Shown piece by piece: positions 16,608 through 20,223 of a stretch of DNA of 20,223 nt. The first letter of the stretch is position 1; each line of letters begins with the position of its first letter. The notes below the pieces were generated by a model. The model saw nothing but the letters and a program-made list of their open reading frames with translations, made no database searches and had not been told where the DNA came from. A program made the position numbers and the translations under genes. This stretch comes from Candidatus Eiseniibacteriota bacterium (lineage in GTDB: Bacteria; Eisenbacteria; RBG-16-71-46), in the NCBI GenBank assembly GCA_031364845.1, contig JANLWX010000230.1, forward strand, positions 1-20,223, written 5' to 3'.

Positions 16608-17456
16608 ATGACCGCAAGACCTTCGAAGAAGCCGCTCCCCCGCGTGCGCCGCGACAAGCTCGCGCTCTATGAGGCCTCGGTCCAGGGCGCCGACTACGAT
16701 CTCGACTTCATGGAGCGGATCTATCGCCGGCTGAACGGCCGGCGGTTCGACCGCTTCCGCGAGGACTTCTGCGGCACCGCGCTGGTGGCGGCCCACTGGG
16801 CGCTGCGGCGTCCGGAAAATCAGGCGTGGGGGGTGGATCTCGATGGCCCGACGCTGGAATGGGCTCGCCGCCACCGGTTGTCGCGCATGGGAGAGGTCGC
16901 AAAGCGCGTGACGCTGATGCGCCGCGACGTGCGCCGCGTGACGGCCCCCAAGGTCGACGTGATCGCGGCCTACAATTACTCCTACTGGGTGTTCCACCGC
17001 CGCCGCGAGCTGCTCGAGTACTTCCGCGGCGTGCGGGCTTCCCTGCGCGAGGGCGGACTGTTCTTCCTCACCGTGTTCGGCGGCAGCGAAGCACTCGGCA
17101 CGCTCACCGAGAAGCGCGCGATCCCGGCCTCGTACGACGCCCGGGGCGAGCGCGTGGAGCGCTTCACCTACGTGTGGGAGCAGAAGAGTTTCAACGTGAT
17201 CGACCACCGGCTGCTGTGCCATATCCATTTCAAATTTCGTGATGGCACCGAGATGAAACGCGCGTTCACCTACGACTGGCGGCTGTGGACGATGCCGGAA
17301 GTGCGCGAAGCGCTGGCCGAGGCCGGCTTCAAGCGCTCGCTCGTCTACATCGAAGGCTGGGACGAGGTGAACGACGTGTCGGACGACGTGTTCCGGCTGC
17401 GCACGCAGTTTCCAAATCAGGACGGATGGCTTTCGATCGTGGTCGGCATCGCGTAG
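16608..17456 (+). CDS. Class I SAM-dependent methyltransferase, substrate unknown
   Basis: Motif I variant REDFCGT, GVDLD, RRDV, VDVIAAYNYSY and SLREGGLFFL follow the Rossmann methyltransferase pattern. Confidence 0.82.
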   Translation: MTARPSKKPLPRVRRDKLALYEASVQGADYDLDFMERIYRRLNGRRFDRFREDFCGTALVAAHWALRRPENQAWGVDLDGPTLEWARRHRLSRMGEVAKRVTLMRRDVRRVTAPKVDVIAAYNYSYWVFHRRRELLEYFRGVRASLREGGLFFLTVFGGSEALGTLTEKRAIPASYDARGERVERFTYVWEQKSFNVIDHRLLCHIHFKFRDGTEMKRAFTYDWRLWTMPEVREALAEAGFKRSLVYIEGWDEVNDVSDDVFRLRTQFPNQDGWLSIVVGIA

Positions 17457-17533
17457 ATTTACCCGTTCCCATGAACTCCCGCACACGTCCTTTCGGCGCG
17501 GGTCCCACGATCCCTTCAACCTCGAAAAGCCCC

Positions 17534-20223
17534 ATGAAAAGCGCTTCGAATCTGATGTTGATGGCCGCGCTGTGCGCCGGCCTCGCCGCCACGACCGTCG
17601 CCCCCGCGGACGCTCAGTCCAAGTCCCCGAAGCCGACCGTGAAGCCGTGGGAGCAGCCGGGTCCGCCGGCCACGCCTCCCGGACAGCCGCCGCTCGTGCC
17701 GGGCGGACCGGCGCGCACGCTTCCCATGGCACCGCCGCAGACACCACCGCAGTCGCCGCCGCCCGCCAACGCCTCGCCGGTGATCGCGCGCGTCGCGGGC
17801 CGGCCGATCACGCAGCGCGACTACGACCGCCTCGCCGAGCCTTACTTCGCGCGGCTGCGCGGGCAGCTGGGCGAAGGCTTCACGGGCGATGTCCGGAAAA
17901 TGGCGCTCCACAACGTGCTCGATGAGTTGATCCGGCGCGAACTGCTGGTGATCGAGGCTCAGCGCTCGGGGATCACGGTCAGCGAAGCCGAAATCGATCA
18001 GATCCTCATGCAGGACCCGTTCTTCAACACCGACGGCAAGTTCGATCCGGCGAAGCTCACGCAGTTCAAGCTGAGCCCGCAGTCCAACTATCAGCAGATC
18101 GTGCCGCGCCTGCGCGAAGTCGCGATCGCCGATAAGTTCGACCGCCAGTTGAAGGCGCGCCTGAGCCCCACGCCCGCGGCGGTGCGCGAGGAGTGGAGCA
18201 AGCGCAGCGAGCAGGTGCGCTTCCAGTACCTGCCGATCACCGTTCGCGACATCTCGCTCGATCCCGAAGCGAGCGATGCCGAACAGCTCGCCTACTACCA
18301 GGCGCATCCCGATCAGTTCGAGAAGAAGGCGCGCATCAACCTGCGCTACGTGCGGCTGCCGCTTCCGGGCGAAGCGGACTCGGCGCGCGCCGAGGAGGAG
18401 AAGAAGCAGCTGGCGGTAGGCCGTGAGCTGGCCGCTTCAATCGAAAAGGGAACGCCGATCGACTCGCTCGCGGAAGCCTACGGCGGTGTGAACGAGACCG
18501 GACCGTTCGATCTCCCCGCGACGACGATCCCCGCACTCGGCCGTCCCGAAGCGCTGATGTCGCAACTCGAGCGTGCCCACCGTGACACGGCCGTGCGTAC
18601 GCTCGGCCCGGCCGTCACTCCGGCGGCGGTCGTGGTCGCCGCTATCGGCGATCGCGAACCCAAACGCCTGCCGCTGTTCACCGAAGTTCGTGGCGACGTG
18701 AAGCGCCGCGCCGATGCCGAGAAGCGCCGCACCCAGCTCGAAGCCGACAAGCTCGCGTTCTTCCAGGCGCATCGTGAGGACTTCCGCGCGGCGCGTGCGC
18801 AGGTGACGCGCGTGCTGCTGCGGCCTGCGGCGGTCGAGGTCAAGGATCCCTCGCGCTCCGATCTCGATCGCTGGTATTCGCGCAACGGTCGCGAACTGAC
18901 CGGCACCGCCGCCACCGAGAAGCTGCCCGCGGTGAACGATTCGCTGCGCGAACTCGTGCGCGCGCGGCTGGTCGATGAAGCCCGCACGGCGCGCACGGCG
19001 ACATCGCTCACGCGCCTCGCCGGCGCGCTGCGCCAGAACCCGCGCGGCATCTGGAATGTCGCGCGCTCCGAAGGGGCGAAGGCTGACACGCTGACTTTGG
19101 TGAAGGACGCGGCGAGAGACTCGGTATTCCCGGTCGCCCTCGTCGACTCGATGGTCGGAGCGGCAGGACGCGCGTTGATGGGTACCGTTCAGGGCCCGCG
19201 GCGCTTCGGCGCCTACGATGTCGTGTGGCGGATCGATGCCGTCGATACCGCGTTCACGCCGTCATTCGACGCGGCGCGCAGCCGTGTCGAACGCGCGTTC
19301 CAGGAAGACCGCCGCCTCGCCGACGAAACCGAAGCGAAGGGCTACTTCGAGCAGCATCGCGGCGACTACAAGACGAAGCCCAAGTTCATCGTCGAGTACG
19401 TGCAGGTGAAGAACCCCGCGGTCGACTCGGTCACGGTCGCCGACGCCGAGCTGCGCAAGTTCTGGCAGCAGCACCGCGGCGATCGCTTCCGCCAGGAAGA
19501 ACAGGTGAGCGCGCGGCACATTCTGATCCCGACCAAGCCCGACGCCGGGCCGGCCGACGTCGCGGCCGCGAAGGCGCGCGCGGATTCGCTGCGCACGGCG
19601 ATCCTCGCGGGCTCGAACTTTGAAGCGCTCGCGAAGACGTTCTCGTCCGACCTTGGCTCGGGAGCGAAAGGCGGCGACCTCGGATTCTTCAACCGCGCGA
19701 CCATGGTGAAGGAGTTCTCCGACACCTCGTTCGCGATCGAGCCCGGCTACGTGAGCCAGCCGGTCAAGACGCGCTTCGGATTCCACATCATCCGCGTCGA
19801 CGCGAAGAAACCCGAAGGCGTGGTGCCGTTCGAGGAAGCGCGCGACGAGATCTTCTCCGAACTCGCCCGCGCGCGCGCCGATTCGCTCGGCCTGCGCAAC
19901 GCGCGACGCATCCTGCGGCAGATCCCCGCTGTCGGCGTGGCCGCCGCGACGCGACCGGCAGGCGGGTTCAAGACATCGGAGCCGATCACGGTGGCCGATC
20001 CGATCCCGGGCATCGGTATGCTGCCCGACATGGCCGCCGATCTGCCGACGCTTCCCGTCGGGCAGTGGTCGGCGAAACCCTACAAGGAAGCGAACTCGTA
20101 CATCCTCGTGCGCCCGACGCGGCGCCTGCCCGCGGGCCCTGCCGACTTCGAAGAAGTGAAGCGCCAGGCCGTGGAAGACATGAAGACCGCGAAGAAGAAG
20201 GCGCTGGTCGCGCAGAAGACCGC
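17534..20223 (+). CDS. PpiD/SurA-like periplasmic chaperone with parvulin (PpiC) domain; 3'-partial
   Basis: Not in the ORF track, but I translated it open from ATG 17534 (in-frame alternative ATG 17471) to the window end. Signal peptide (...VAPADA/Q), Pro-rich linker, SurA-N-like VIARVAGRPIT...LDELIRRELL...PFFNTDGKFD, and an intact parvulin VSARHILI...FEALAKTFSSD...GGDLGFF...MVKEF...PVKTRFGFHII at about 19505-19800. Confidence 0.9.
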   Translation, partial: MKSASNLMLMAALCAGLAATTVAPADAQSKSPKPTVKPWEQPGPPATPPGQPPLVPGGPARTLPMAPPQTPPQSPPPANASPVIARVAGRPITQRDYDRLAEPYFARLRGQLGEGFTGDVRKMALHNVLDELIRRELLVIEAQRSGITVSEAEIDQILMQDPFFNTDGKFDPAKLTQFKLSPQSNYQQIVPRLREVAIADKFDRQLKARLSPTPAAVREEWSKRSEQVRFQYLPITVRDISLDPEASDAEQLAYYQAHPDQFEKKARINLRYVRLPLPGEADSARAEEEKKQLAVGRELAASIEKGTPIDSLAEAYGGVNETGPFDLPATTIPALGRPEALMSQLERAHRDTAVRTLGPAVTPAAVVVAAIGDREPKRLPLFTEVRGDVKRRADAEKRRTQLEADKLAFFQAHREDFRAARAQVTRVLLRPAAVEVKDPSRSDLDRWYSRNGRELTGTAATEKLPAVNDSLRELVRARLVDEARTARTATSLTRLAGALRQNPRGIWNVARSEGAKADTLTLVKDAARDSVFPVALVDSMVGAAGRALMGTVQGPRRFGAYDVVWRIDAVDTAFTPSFDAARSRVERAFQEDRRLADETEAKGYFEQHRGDYKTKPKFIVEYVQVKNPAVDSVTVADAELRKFWQQHRGDRFRQEEQVSARHILIPTKPDAGPADVAAAKARADSLRTAILAGSNFEALAKTFSSDLGSGAKGGDLGFFNRATMVKEFSDTSFAIEPGYVSQPVKTRFGFHIIRVDAKKPEGVVPFEEARDEIFSELARARADSLGLRNARRILRQIPAVGVAAATRPAGGFKTSEPITVADPIPGIGMLPDMAADLPTLPVGQWSAKPYKEANSYILVRPTRRLPAGPADFEEVKRQAVEDMKTAKKKALVAQKT

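Overview
GC-rich bacterial chromosomal region with 13 supportable protein-coding genes and no rRNA, tRNA, CRISPR array or transposase that I can see. In order: a structured palindromic intergenic element at the left edge; cutA-tsaD (-); an exported TolB-like beta-propeller protein ending in a CxxCH motif that resembles the N-terminal and middle parts of hydrazine synthase alpha (+); a Pol-beta-family nucleotidyltransferase (+); an exported DinB-family protein (-); lemA, a DUF2207-type membrane protein and an EVE-domain protein (+); a Kelch-repeat protein and a ~1600-aa beta-helix/Calx-beta surface protein, both ending in FlgD-Ig/T9SS-type-A-like C-terminal domains (-); an exported cyclophilin (-); a class I SAM methyltransferase (+); and a very long PpiD/SurA-like foldase that runs off the right edge and is absent from the ORF track (+). 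High GC plus these C-terminal domains suggests an FCB-related lineage such as Ca. Eisenbacteria (inference only). I see no clear-cut novel multi-gene system. The best leads are the truncated HzsA-like heme protein, the T9SS-like cargo next to two exported foldases, dense D-(S/T)-x glycosylation-like sequons in the foldase, and the branched palindromic element at 1-156. All family assignments come from motif recognition by eye, not database searches.
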